Below are positions 17,003-25,266 of a stretch of 64,000 bases of DNA, piece by piece. Position 1 is the stretch's first letter. Each line of letters opens with the position of its first letter. Source of the DNA: Chlamydiales bacterium (GTDB lineage: Bacteria > Chlamydiota > Chlamydiia > Chlamydiales > SM23-39); the NCBI GenBank assembly GCA_030681135.1, contig JAUXXF010000016.1, positions 129,402 through 193,401 on the forward strand, written 5' to 3'. The translations under genes were made by a program, and so were the position numbers. The notes beneath the pieces are model-generated. The model was not told where the DNA came from and made no database searches. It saw nothing but the letters and a program-made list of their open reading frames with translations.

Positions 17003-17854
17003 TTATTCCTTGGGGACTCCTAACACCTGAAATACCGGTGGCAAGGGAGAGGAAAAGGAGAGGGGTTTGCCTGTGAAAGGATGGACGAGAGTAAGAAGGT
17101 GTGCATGCAAACACATCCGTCCCATAGGGCTTTCTGTGGAACCGTACCGAGAGTCTCCTACAACGGGGTGGCCAGCTGCTTGGCAGTGTACTCGAATTTG
17201 ATGCTTTCGACCTGTTTCTAAAGTGAGGCGAAGATAGGAATATTTGGCGGATCTGCGGAGCACTTCAAAATGAGTAATGGCATCTTTGCCCTCAGAAGAT
17301 TCTACGACGCTTAAATTAGGCAGTTCGAGAAGAAGGCTGTGCCAGCTTCCTTTCTGCTCTGCCAATCTTCCTTCTACGATCGCAAAGTATTGTCTTGTCA
17401 AGTCGTGCTTTTCAAAAATCTTCTTTAATTTGTCTTCTGCCTGCTTGCCGCGGGCAAAAAGAAGAACCCCTGAAGTTTCCCGATCGATCCTGTGAACGGC
17501 AAAGATTTGATCTGTTTTGTAGTGCCAACGGAGCAGGCCTAGAGCGTGTCGTTTTTGAGTCAGCTCTTCATCTAAGGGAACGCTCAAAAGGCCAACAGGT
17601 TTATCAATGGCAATCAGATAACGATCTTCATAAATGATTTTTAGCGCAGAGATTTTTTGAGGGCGAAATGAGTCGACGGTCGACAGGGTCTGTCCTTCTT
17701 CAAGGACGAGGTTTTCTTTGGTAATCTTTTGCCCATTTACTGAGAACCTGCCCCCAGAGACCCACTGTTTTAGAGTTCGTCTTGAGCTGTCAGGGTAAAC
17801 ATATTTTTTTAAGGCATCGAGGATATTGATAGTGTGGGGGATTTGAAAGTCCAT
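17003..17854 (-). CDS. RluA-family pseudouridine synthase with an S4 domain (RluC/D-like)
   Basis: It contains HRIDRETSGVLLFAR (HRLDxxTSG motif) and KHQIRVH. The ATG at 17854 gives MDFQIPHT. Confidence 0.88.
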   Translation of the reverse strand: MDFQIPHTINILDALKKYVYPDSSRRTLKQWVSGGRFSVNGQKITKENLVLEEGQTLSTVDSFRPQKISALKIIYEDRYLIAIDKPVGLLSVPLDEELTQKRHALGLLRWHYKTDQIFAVHRIDRETSGVLLFARGKQAEDKLKKIFEKHDLTRQYFAIVEGRLAEQKGSWHSLLLELPNLSVVESSEGKDAITHFEVLRRSAKYSYLRLTLETGRKHQIRVHCQAAGHPVVGDSRYGSTESPMGRMCLHAHLLTLVHPFTGKPLSFSSPLPPVFQVLGVPKE

Positions 17855-17959
17855 AGTGCTAAAGATGGTAACATAAACAAGGAACAACCTTCAAGCGGTA
17901 TAATTAATACAGTCTCATGCCTTTCGAAAGAGGTCGATTCAAGAAAAGTTTTTCTCTGA

Positions 17960-19360
17960 TCAGCAAATCAACTGGTTGTTCTGGACGGCTTTTTTGAACG
18001 ACCTTCCTAGGAAGATGGCGATAAAGAGCCAAAAGGCTAGAAGTGGGAAGCAGAGAATAGCGCTTAGTGTCAGATAGTGAGATTTGCCGACTACAGCTCC
18101 AAAACTCGACTGAAGAGGAGCCAGTGACATATTGAACATGGAACCGGCCTGTTTAGAGGAGCGGGAACCGAACGTTTCTATCCAAGCCTGAGCTTTGAAT
18201 TTGACATCAGGAGTTGTGGGGATGTACAGCTGTTTTAAGGCGGGGCCATTGAGTGCGTAGTTAATGGCTTTTGATCCTACCATCAAGACAAAGAGGAAAG
18301 AGAGGCTGCCGAGGCTTAAAAAACCAAAGGTGGCGCATGCGACGATGACAGGCATGGCTGCAAGAGCCGTGCCTACTCCTAAAAAGCGGGTCACATTACT
18401 GATTCCGAGTAGAAGGCAGAGTAAAGACACAATATTGACGCTTGAGCCATAAAGACTTAAATAATGGCTTAAGGCAACCCCGGTATATTCTGTGCTGGCC
18501 GCTAATTTAAAGTTAAAATCAAAAATAGTCACTACGACTTCATAGATAAAGTTGGCTGCGAAAATTCCTAGCAGATAGCGGTGTTTAAGGAGGAGCTTCA
18601 ATCCTTCTAAAAACCCGGGTTCTTGCTTTTTTTCTAGAGTTTTTTCATTTTTCCCGTGAAATGAGGTAAGTAGATGTTTGGGTGTTGCGCGGAAAAAGTA
18701 GCGAATCAAAGGAATGAGAAAAAGGGTTAAAAGACCTAAAGAGAGAATCGATAAGAAATCCGTAACGAGATGGAGCCGATGAGGAAGCCCCCCAATGCTA
18801 TACGGCAGAATAATTCCTCCCACTTGTCCAATGGCAACGACCAAAGGAAAGCCCCTTTTTGCCTCTGTCGGTTCTGTTGTATCGGCCGCAAACGCCCAGA
18901 ATAAGGCAACAACTAATGATCCAAAACTCTCCACAAAAAGATACCAAAAATAGCCAAGACCTTTGATGCTAATGGAGGCAAATGCGGATCTGCCTTCAAC
19001 AGGTAAGGCTTGAATGATCATCATCAAGAAACTAAAGGCGAGAATGGAAATGCCATAAAATGTGGGGAGGATGATGAGCATTTTTTCGCGCGATGTTTTT
19101 TCAAGGAGTCTCGTATAGAACATGACGAGGGGGAGTAGGGCTAATACGGAAACAGTTTTTGCAAAAGGGAGTTGAAGATTACCAACCAGTTGGATGAATA
19201 CGGCATCTTTTAAGGGGCGGAGCGTCCAATAGACGCCGATGATCAGGGCAAAAATGACCCCCATCCTCAAGAATTTCTTAAACTCTTCCCTCTCAAAATT
19301 TCCAAAATTAAACCTACAGACCCACTGAAACCCTTTAAGAACACTTCCTCCAACGCTCAT
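17960..19360 (-). CDS. Polytopic transporter, Tlc/NTT (ATP:ADP antiporter)-like or MFS
   Basis: The 466-aa protein has about 11-12 TM segments. The N-terminal motif FKKFLRMGVIFALIIGVYWTLRPLKDAVF resembles the first helix of TLC-family transporters. Confidence 0.55.
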   Translation of the reverse strand: MSVGGSVLKGFQWVCRFNFGNFEREEFKKFLRMGVIFALIIGVYWTLRPLKDAVFIQLVGNLQLPFAKTVSVLALLPLVMFYTRLLEKTSREKMLIILPTFYGISILAFSFLMMIIQALPVEGRSAFASISIKGLGYFWYLFVESFGSLVVALFWAFAADTTEPTEAKRGFPLVVAIGQVGGIILPYSIGGLPHRLHLVTDFLSILSLGLLTLFLIPLIRYFFRATPKHLLTSFHGKNEKTLEKKQEPGFLEGLKLLLKHRYLLGIFAANFIYEVVVTIFDFNFKLAASTEYTGVALSHYLSLYGSSVNIVSLLCLLLGISNVTRFLGVGTALAAMPVIVACATFGFLSLGSLSFLFVLMVGSKAINYALNGPALKQLYIPTTPDVKFKAQAWIETFGSRSSKQAGSMFNMSLAPLQSSFGAVVGKSHYLTLSAILCFPLLAFWLFIAIFLGRSFKKAVQNNQLIC

Positions 19361-19393
19361 GACCGCTCCCCTTAGATACCCTCTAAGCTGTGT

Positions 19394-19798
19394 CTAATCA
19401 TTTTTCGGTATTTGCCGCAACGTTTTTTTAGAGGAGTGGATCTTTTTTTCAGCTAGCATTTTCTCTTTTTGCTTGCGGGAGCGGCGCCGTTTTTGGCGGC
19501 GGATTTTCTCAAAAGCCTGTTGTTTTTGACTTTTTTCTTTCAGCAGAGCCTCTTCAAGCTTTTCACATAACTCTCTTCTGGCGAAAAACCGGTTGAGGGC
19601 TCTCGAGCGCTCTCGGGAACATTTTACTTCGATGCCTGTAGGCACATGTTTTAGATAGACGCACGAGCTTGTTTTATTGACTTTTTGTCCTCCCTTTCCA
19701 GAGCCGAGGATAAATTTTTCAATGAGATCTTCTTCTCGAACATCCATTTGCTCCATACGCTTTGCTAGTTCTTCTGTTTTTTCTTTAGAAAGAGACAT
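19394..19798 (-). CDS. RF-1-domain (GGQ) protein, ArfB-like peptidyl-tRNA hydrolase
   Basis: It has the motif GSGKGGQKVNKTSS and a basic C-terminal tail. The ATG at 19798 gives MSLSKEK. Confidence 0.75.
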   Translation of the reverse strand: MSLSKEKTEELAKRMEQMDVREEDLIEKFILGSGKGGQKVNKTSSCVYLKHVPTGIEVKCSRERSRALNRFFARRELCEKLEEALLKEKSQKQQAFEKIRRQKRRRSRKQKEKMLAEKKIHSSKKTLRQIPKND

Positions 19799-19860
19799 AA
19801 TTGCACACATCTTTGTCTTTTTTTAGTATACAACAGACAAAGGCAATTAAGGTATAACAT

Positions 19861-21273
19861 ATGTTAGTAGGCGTTGTTTTAGGAAAAGCTGTTGAAGAAA
19901 TTCTTCAGCAAATAGAAGAGCTGAAAGGAAAAGTCGATCTTGCGGAAGTGAGATTAGATTACCTAGACGAGTCTGCCTGGCCAAAAATTGCTTTGCTTAA
20001 AGAAAAAGCCTGTTTGCCTTTGCTCTTTACCTTTCGGAAAAAAGAGCAAGGTGGCCGCTTTGCTTTAGAGGAAAAAAAACGATTAGCTCTTTACGAAAAG
20101 GCTCTTTCTTTGCAGCCTGCTTATGCTGATATAGAAGCTGACACAGATCCTGATTTTATCCGAAACATCAAACATCTCTCTCCTCAGACGGCCCTAATTG
20201 GATCTTTTCATGACATGGAAAAAACTCCAGAGGATCTCTCTGCCCTTGTTAAATCCATGCATAATCCCCATTTTTCTCTTTATAAAATAGCGGCCCATGC
20301 CAATTCTACTCTTGATCTGATGCGCCTTATGGTCTTTACCCGAGAGATGACAAAAACGATCCCTTTAAGTTGTATTTCTCTTGGTCCTTATGGTCAGCCT
20401 TCTCGCGTATTGGGCCCTATTGTCGGCAACGTGTTGAATTATACTTCTTTTCAAGATGCACTTGGCTCTCTCTATCAGTATTCTCTAGATACCTTACAAA
20501 ATCTCTACGGTTTTTCCCATTTGACGAAGGAGACGAAAATTTATGCTCTCCTTGGTAATCCCGTAGAGGCAAGCCAAGGCCATCTTTTTCATAATGAATA
20601 TTTTCGCCGAGAAAACATCCATGCTGTCTACGTAAAATTGCGCCTTGGAGCCTCTGAGTTGAAAAGCTTTTTTTCTTTGGCTAAAAAACTTCCCTTTGGA
20701 GGGTTTAGTGTGACGATGCCTCTTAAAGAGGCTGTGATCCCTTTTCTGACGCAAGTAGATCCTGAGGCGCTCTCTATTGGAGCTGTCAATACGATCGTTA
20801 TCAGGGGATCTGATTTATCAGGATTCAATACCGATGGGAAAGGAGCTCTGAGCACCCTTGAAGCCCATGAAAAAGTCCGAGGGAAGAAGGTAGCCATTTT
20901 AGGAGCTGGAGGATCTGCCAAAGCAATTGCCTATGAAGCCCTTCGGAGAGGAGCTGAAGTGATGTTGTTTAACCGAACCCTTTCTAGAGCAGAGCAGGTA
21001 GCGAAAAAACTTGGATGCAAAGCCTATGCATTAGATGCTCTCTCTGCCCACCCTTACGACTTTCTGATCAATACAATTCCTCCCCACTCTTCTGGACAAT
21101 TGCCCGTTTTAGCCAAGGATCTCTTACCCAACGCATTGCTCATGGACATTAACCCTGTCACCCTTTCTCCTCCACTTCTCCGCTTTGCAAAAGAAAACAA
21201 CAGGCGCTGCCTAGATGGCTCATGGATGTTTGAAGAGCAGGCTCGCCTGCAGCAACTGGCGTTTAATAGTTAA
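19861..21273 (+). CDS. aroDE: Bifunctional 3-dehydroquinate dehydratase (type I) / shikimate dehydrogenase
   Basis: The N-terminal half is AroD-like (VDLAEVRLDYL). The C-terminal half is AroE-like (SVTMPLK, NTDG, GAGGSAKAIA). Confidence 0.88.
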   Translation: MLVGVVLGKAVEEILQQIEELKGKVDLAEVRLDYLDESAWPKIALLKEKACLPLLFTFRKKEQGGRFALEEKKRLALYEKALSLQPAYADIEADTDPDFIRNIKHLSPQTALIGSFHDMEKTPEDLSALVKSMHNPHFSLYKIAAHANSTLDLMRLMVFTREMTKTIPLSCISLGPYGQPSRVLGPIVGNVLNYTSFQDALGSLYQYSLDTLQNLYGFSHLTKETKIYALLGNPVEASQGHLFHNEYFRRENIHAVYVKLRLGASELKSFFSLAKKLPFGGFSVTMPLKEAVIPFLTQVDPEALSIGAVNTIVIRGSDLSGFNTDGKGALSTLEAHEKVRGKKVAILGAGGSAKAIAYEALRRGAEVMLFNRTLSRAEQVAKKLGCKAYALDALSAHPYDFLINTIPPHSSGQLPVLAKDLLPNALLMDINPVTLSPPLLRFAKENNRRCLDGSWMFEEQARLQQLAFNS

Positions 21274-21325
21274 AAGTCTATTAGTATGTGTCCTTTGAAA
21301 ACCCTTTTTTTTCTAAAAAAAAACA

Positions 21326-21375
21326 AGGATTCCATAAGGACGAAGTCCTTTGGTGGGGTTTGGGGCGAAGCCCCA
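21326..21375. repeat. GGGGC-rich palindromic repeat (family B), half unit (right arm)
   Basis: aggattccataaggacgaagtcctttggtggggtttggggcgaagcccca lies between the convergent aroDE and priA genes. Confidence 0.75.
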
Positions 21376-21390
21376 TAAAAAAGCCCCATC

Positions 21391-23394
21391 TCAAAAAAAT
21401 GTACTGAGGGGATCGACGTCGATTTTTGTAAAGATGTCGGGAGAGGAGTGAGGAACTAAAGGAGCGATTTTGGTGAGGACGGAAGGGTGATACGTCTTGA
21501 TGATGAACTGGAAGCGGAAGAGATCTTTGATTTTTGCGTGACCGGAGGGGAGAACGGGAAGGACGTGAGCTTTTTCGAGTTGAAGAGCAGTAATTTGGCT
21601 GTGAGTAGCGAGGGCGAGCTGTTCTACAGCTGCGAGATCTGTAGAGGCAAAGATGATTTTGATGAGCCTGCAGAAAGGGGGATAGCTGAAAGCTTGCCTT
21701 TCTTCAATCTCCGCTTCGTAGAAAGAGAGATAATCCTGGTTAGCGGCAAAGGCGAGAATGGGATGGTCTGGAATAAAGGTTTGGAGAATCACCTCTCCTG
21801 GGAGCTCTGCTCTGCCGGCACGGCCTGCAACTTGCGTGATGAGCTGAAACACCTTTTCTCCTGAGCGAAAGTCGGGGATGTGGAGAGAGGAGTCTGCATT
21901 AAGAACGCCAACGAGAGTGGCGGCGGGAAAATGAAATCCTTTCGCAATCATCTGCGTTCCGATCAAGATGTCTGCTTTATGCGAGCGAAACTGCATGAAG
22001 AGCTCATCGTGGCTATTTTTTTTCTGCGTTGTGTCCTTGTCCATCCGAAGAGTCCTCACATGAGGGAAAAGAGCATGGAGAGCTTTTTCTACGTGCTCTG
22101 TGCCGAATCCTTTAAAGATCAGCGATTCAGGGGAGTGGCAAGAGGGACAGCAGCGTGGCGGTTCCGTGTGAAAAAGACATAAGTGACAGGAAAGGATTTT
22201 TGAGGAGAGGTGATACGTTAAGGCCAGATCGCAGTGGGGACATTTGAGAATAAAGCGGCAGTTTGCACAAAGTTGCTGTCTTCTATAACCTCGGCGATTG
22301 AGAAAAAGAAGAGTCTGCTCGCCTGCATCTAGTCTTTGGCGCATGGCTTCGATGAGCTCTTCGGAAAAGTGGGTAAAACCACCAGCTTTGTCATAGGCTG
22401 TTTTCATATCGATGATGTGAACCTTAGGCAGAGGCGCGGAGGTGGCTCTCGAAGAGAGAGAGCTTAATATGTATTTCCCCTTTTTCGCATTCGAATAAGA
22501 TTCTAGAGAAGGGGTTGCGCTACCCAGGATGACGACAGCTTTTTCCAGATGAGCGCGCATGACAGCGACATCGCGGCCGTGATAGCAAGGAGCCTCATCG
22601 CTTTGCTTGTAGGAACTGTCATGCTCTTCATCAACGATGATCAGGCCTAGCCTTTGAGCTGGAGCAAAGATGGCAGACCTGGCTCCGACAACAATTTTCG
22701 CTTCGCTTTGCAACAGAAGATCCCAGGCTTGGCTTCTCTCTCCTAGACTTTTTTTATGGTGGAGAACGGCAATTTTTTGCTGAAAGCGGGCCTTTAGGCG
22801 CTCGATGGTTTGAGAGGTCAAAGCGATCTCTGGGACGAGAAGGATGGCACTTTTATTTTGCTCCAGAGTCGCCTGAATGGCTTGCATATATACCTCTGTT
22901 TTTCCGCTACCTGTGACGCCGTGGATGAGATGAGCTGCAAATTTCTCAGCTTGTAGAGAGGAGACGATGTTCGAAAGACACGCAGACTGCTCGGGGGTGA
23001 GCGATTTAGGTTTTGTGGCAAAAAAATCGTCATCTGCCAAGTCTGAGATCTCTTTTTTTGCTCGAACAGCTTTACGGACATTAGGAGGAACGAAGCATCG
23101 GAGAACTTTTTGTAGAGAACAGGCATAGTATTGGGACATCCATTCAGCGAGCTTCCAAAGATCAGAAGAGAGAGCGGCCTTGGGCTGCAATACCCGATGA
23201 ATAGAGCGAACTGAAGAGAATTTGGACTTATGCTTAATCGCTGTAATGGTTCCTTGTTTGATAGAAGTTTTCAAAGGTACTTCTACGCGGGCGCCAATTT
23301 TGACCTCCTCTCGTAAAGACTCTGGCACTTCATAATCGAGGGGTCTATCGAGACTTTTCTCGAGGAGAACTTCTACGAACAAAGAGTTTGACAT
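21391..23394 (-). CDS. priA: Primosomal protein N' (replication restart helicase)
   Basis: It has Walker A (HGVTGSGKTEVY), DEEHD, and a Cys-rich zinc region (CANC...CPHC...CHLC...CPSC). The ATG at 23394 gives MSNSLFVEV. Confidence 0.92.
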   Translation of the reverse strand: MSNSLFVEVLLEKSLDRPLDYEVPESLREEVKIGARVEVPLKTSIKQGTITAIKHKSKFSSVRSIHRVLQPKAALSSDLWKLAEWMSQYYACSLQKVLRCFVPPNVRKAVRAKKEISDLADDDFFATKPKSLTPEQSACLSNIVSSLQAEKFAAHLIHGVTGSGKTEVYMQAIQATLEQNKSAILLVPEIALTSQTIERLKARFQQKIAVLHHKKSLGERSQAWDLLLQSEAKIVVGARSAIFAPAQRLGLIIVDEEHDSSYKQSDEAPCYHGRDVAVMRAHLEKAVVILGSATPSLESYSNAKKGKYILSSLSSRATSAPLPKVHIIDMKTAYDKAGGFTHFSEELIEAMRQRLDAGEQTLLFLNRRGYRRQQLCANCRFILKCPHCDLALTYHLSSKILSCHLCLFHTEPPRCCPSCHSPESLIFKGFGTEHVEKALHALFPHVRTLRMDKDTTQKKNSHDELFMQFRSHKADILIGTQMIAKGFHFPAATLVGVLNADSSLHIPDFRSGEKVFQLITQVAGRAGRAELPGEVILQTFIPDHPILAFAANQDYLSFYEAEIEERQAFSYPPFCRLIKIIFASTDLAAVEQLALATHSQITALQLEKAHVLPVLPSGHAKIKDLFRFQFIIKTYHPSVLTKIAPLVPHSSPDIFTKIDVDPLSTFF

Positions 23395-24290
23395 AGAGCT
23401 TTCCAAAGAGAGCGTTTAAGAAGAGGATCTTTCAGGTATAAAGAAAGATCGGGAAGGAGAAAGAGAGGAACCGATCCCAAGTGGCGCACTGATCCCCCGG
23501 GAGTTTCTCGATAGTGTTGCATGAGGCCTCCCAGCTGCCAGAGAGTGTAATCGCAAGCAATCGTGTATTTCAGATGAGAAGTCGTTAGAAAGGCTTCCCA
23601 TTGTTTTTCTTTTTCGATCGGTTCTGCAAGAACAATTTGCGTAGGTTTTAAGAGGATGTTAATGGCCTTTGCGATTTGTTCGAGAAGAGCCTTTTGAGCA
23701 GGAGGTTCATGGTAAGATAAGATAGAAATTTCAGCCACTGCATTTTTGACTTTCCACCGTTGGGCAATTTTTTTTGCAATCTCATCATCTGGCAGCGCTT
23801 CTAACACTGGGGCTCCGGGATTGATTTTCGTCCATAGTTTCCGAAGATCAGTAAAGAGATCTTGACTGATAGGAAGCGGTTCTTCTGCCAAAGCAGGTTT
23901 CAGGGAGACTTTCGGGATTGTTTCTGTGGCGTGGGAAATAGGTTTTTCTGGCTTTATACCGAAACTCTCTGAAGAATCGATTTTGGTCTGCTGGGGCTTT
24001 GTCTCAGAGTGTTTCTCTTCGTTTGTGGATTGGCTCCGGCTTTCCCCTTCAGACAGAAAAATCTGAGGAGTCTTTTTTTCAATCTTTGAAAGAAGAACCT
24101 CTTTTTCAACAGGTTGAGAGGCTACTATCACTGGTTTTTTCGGGACAGCTGGAGCGTCCGGCCTGCTCGACCAGGCTCTGAATAGTTCATAATCTTCTTG
24201 AGAGGCTAAGATAGGCTGATCTTTATATTCTTTGAGATGTTCTAAAGCGGCCCCTATTAAGACTGCAGCTTCGGAGTGTAAGTCGAACAT
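23373..24290 (-). CDS. Hypothetical protein carrying an in-frame family A repeat
   Basis: The ORF runs from the ATG at 24290 (MFDLHSEAAVL). Its stop overlaps the priA start. I recognise no domain. Confidence 0.6.
   Translation of the reverse strand: MFDLHSEAAVLIGAALEHLKEYKDQPILASQEDYELFRAWSSRPDAPAVPKKPVIVASQPVEKEVLLSKIEKKTPQIFLSEGESRSQSTNEEKHSETKPQQTKIDSSESFGIKPEKPISHATETIPKVSLKPALAEEPLPISQDLFTDLRKLWTKINPGAPVLEALPDDEIAKKIAQRWKVKNAVAEISILSYHEPPAQKALLEQIAKAINILLKPTQIVLAEPIEKEKQWEAFLTTSHLKYTIACDYTLWQLGGLMQHYRETPGGSVRHLGSVPLFLLPDLSLYLKDPLLKRSLWKALCQTLCS
23955..24110. repeat. Diverged copy of the 164-bp MITE-like element (family A), in frame in a CDS
   Basis: tataccgaaactctctgaagaatcgattttggtctgctggggctttgtctcagag... 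aligns with 25026-25189 and includes one terminal repeat. It encodes KKTPQIFLSEGESRSQSTNEEKHSETKPQQTKIDSSESFGI. Confidence 0.7.
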
Positions 24291-24970
24291 AGATCTTCCC
24301 AATCAATCGATTCAATGAGTTTTTCGTGCCTTGCATAAAAATCAAGAAATCCTCGGCGCGCATAGCCATTATAGAGAATTTCCCGAAGGGAGCTAGGGCC
24401 CTGTGGAAACAAACGAGCCAAGATGTTTTCTATGGCTTGATGACCTAAGTATTGATTGAGGGGATCTTTTTGTTCAATGAGCAAGAAAAGGAGATTTTCA
24501 TCGTGGCAAAATTCTTGCAGATAGGAAAACAAATCGGAGAAAAGTTGATGGAGGTGTTGTTTTGTCTCATGGATGAAAGCAGTCCACTCTTCCAAGATGT
24601 CATGAGTAGGTGTTTTTACAGCAAAGATTTTTGCATAAAGCTCAAGAGTTAGGCTATTTAGAGTGCTTAATCGTTGACGGAGAATTTTATCCTGCCCTGT
24701 CGAAAAATGTTTTGAGAGGATGTTGATATAAAAGCACAGTTTGTCGAGAAAGCCCCCTTTTTTTGAGAGGGGATGTTCGAGATAGTGAGGGAGGAATTTT
24801 CTTAGCTCTGAGCAAATCTCATCAATTGTTTGCTGAGTTTTTGTTTGCATGTCATCGAGCCAATTGAAGGTGAACAAGAGTTCTTGAATGAGAAATTGCA
24901 AACTTAAGGACGCCGCGGCTTGTGGGGGGAGAGATGCTGGGAAAAAAGGCCATGGATGAAGGCTGCGCAT
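24257..24970 (-). CDS. Hypothetical protein
   Basis: The 237-aa ORF has an ATG at 24970 and is co-oriented and overlapping with the downstream gene. I recognise no motif. Confidence 0.5.
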   Translation of the reverse strand: MRSLHPWPFFPASLPPQAAASLSLQFLIQELLFTFNWLDDMQTKTQQTIDEICSELRKFLPHYLEHPLSKKGGFLDKLCFYINILSKHFSTGQDKILRQRLSTLNSLTLELYAKIFAVKTPTHDILEEWTAFIHETKQHLHQLFSDLFSYLQEFCHDENLLFLLIEQKDPLNQYLGHQAIENILARLFPQGPSSLREILYNGYARRGFLDFYARHEKLIESIDWEDLCSTYTPKLQS

Positions 24971-25025
24971 AAAAGATCCAAATAAGAGAACCAGAATATC
25001 ATATATTTTGTTTGATGGGAAGGTT

Positions 25026-25189
25026 TATACCGAAACAACCTGAAGAATCGGTTTTTGGCTGTGTCGGCTTTACCTCAGAATTTTTGTCTTCGCTCGTGCC
25101 TTGCCTCCGGCAATGGTCACTCACTCCAGACAAAAAATTCTGAGGAGCCTTCTTGCCAAAATCTCGATTCTTCAGGTTGTTTCGGTATA
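25026..25189. mobile_element. MITE-like element (family A), 164 bp with 25-bp terminal inverted repeats
   Basis: TATACCGAAACAACCTGAAGAATCG at 25026-25050 is the perfect inverse of CGATTCTTCAGGTTGTTTCGGTATA at 25165-25189. The element has no coding capacity for a transposase. Confidence 0.8.
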
Positions 25190-25221
25190 AAAAAAAAGCA
25201 CCTGGCAAAACTGCCAGGTGC
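25189..25221 (-). terminator. Rho-independent terminator of the 864-aa gene
   Basis: On the minus strand, the stem gcacctggca / tgccaggtgc with a 4-nt loop is followed by a T9 run. Confidence 0.75.
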
Positions 25222-25266
25222 GCTATGTGACGAGTAGATTAGATCTTCTTCGTTGTTTTCAAAGAC

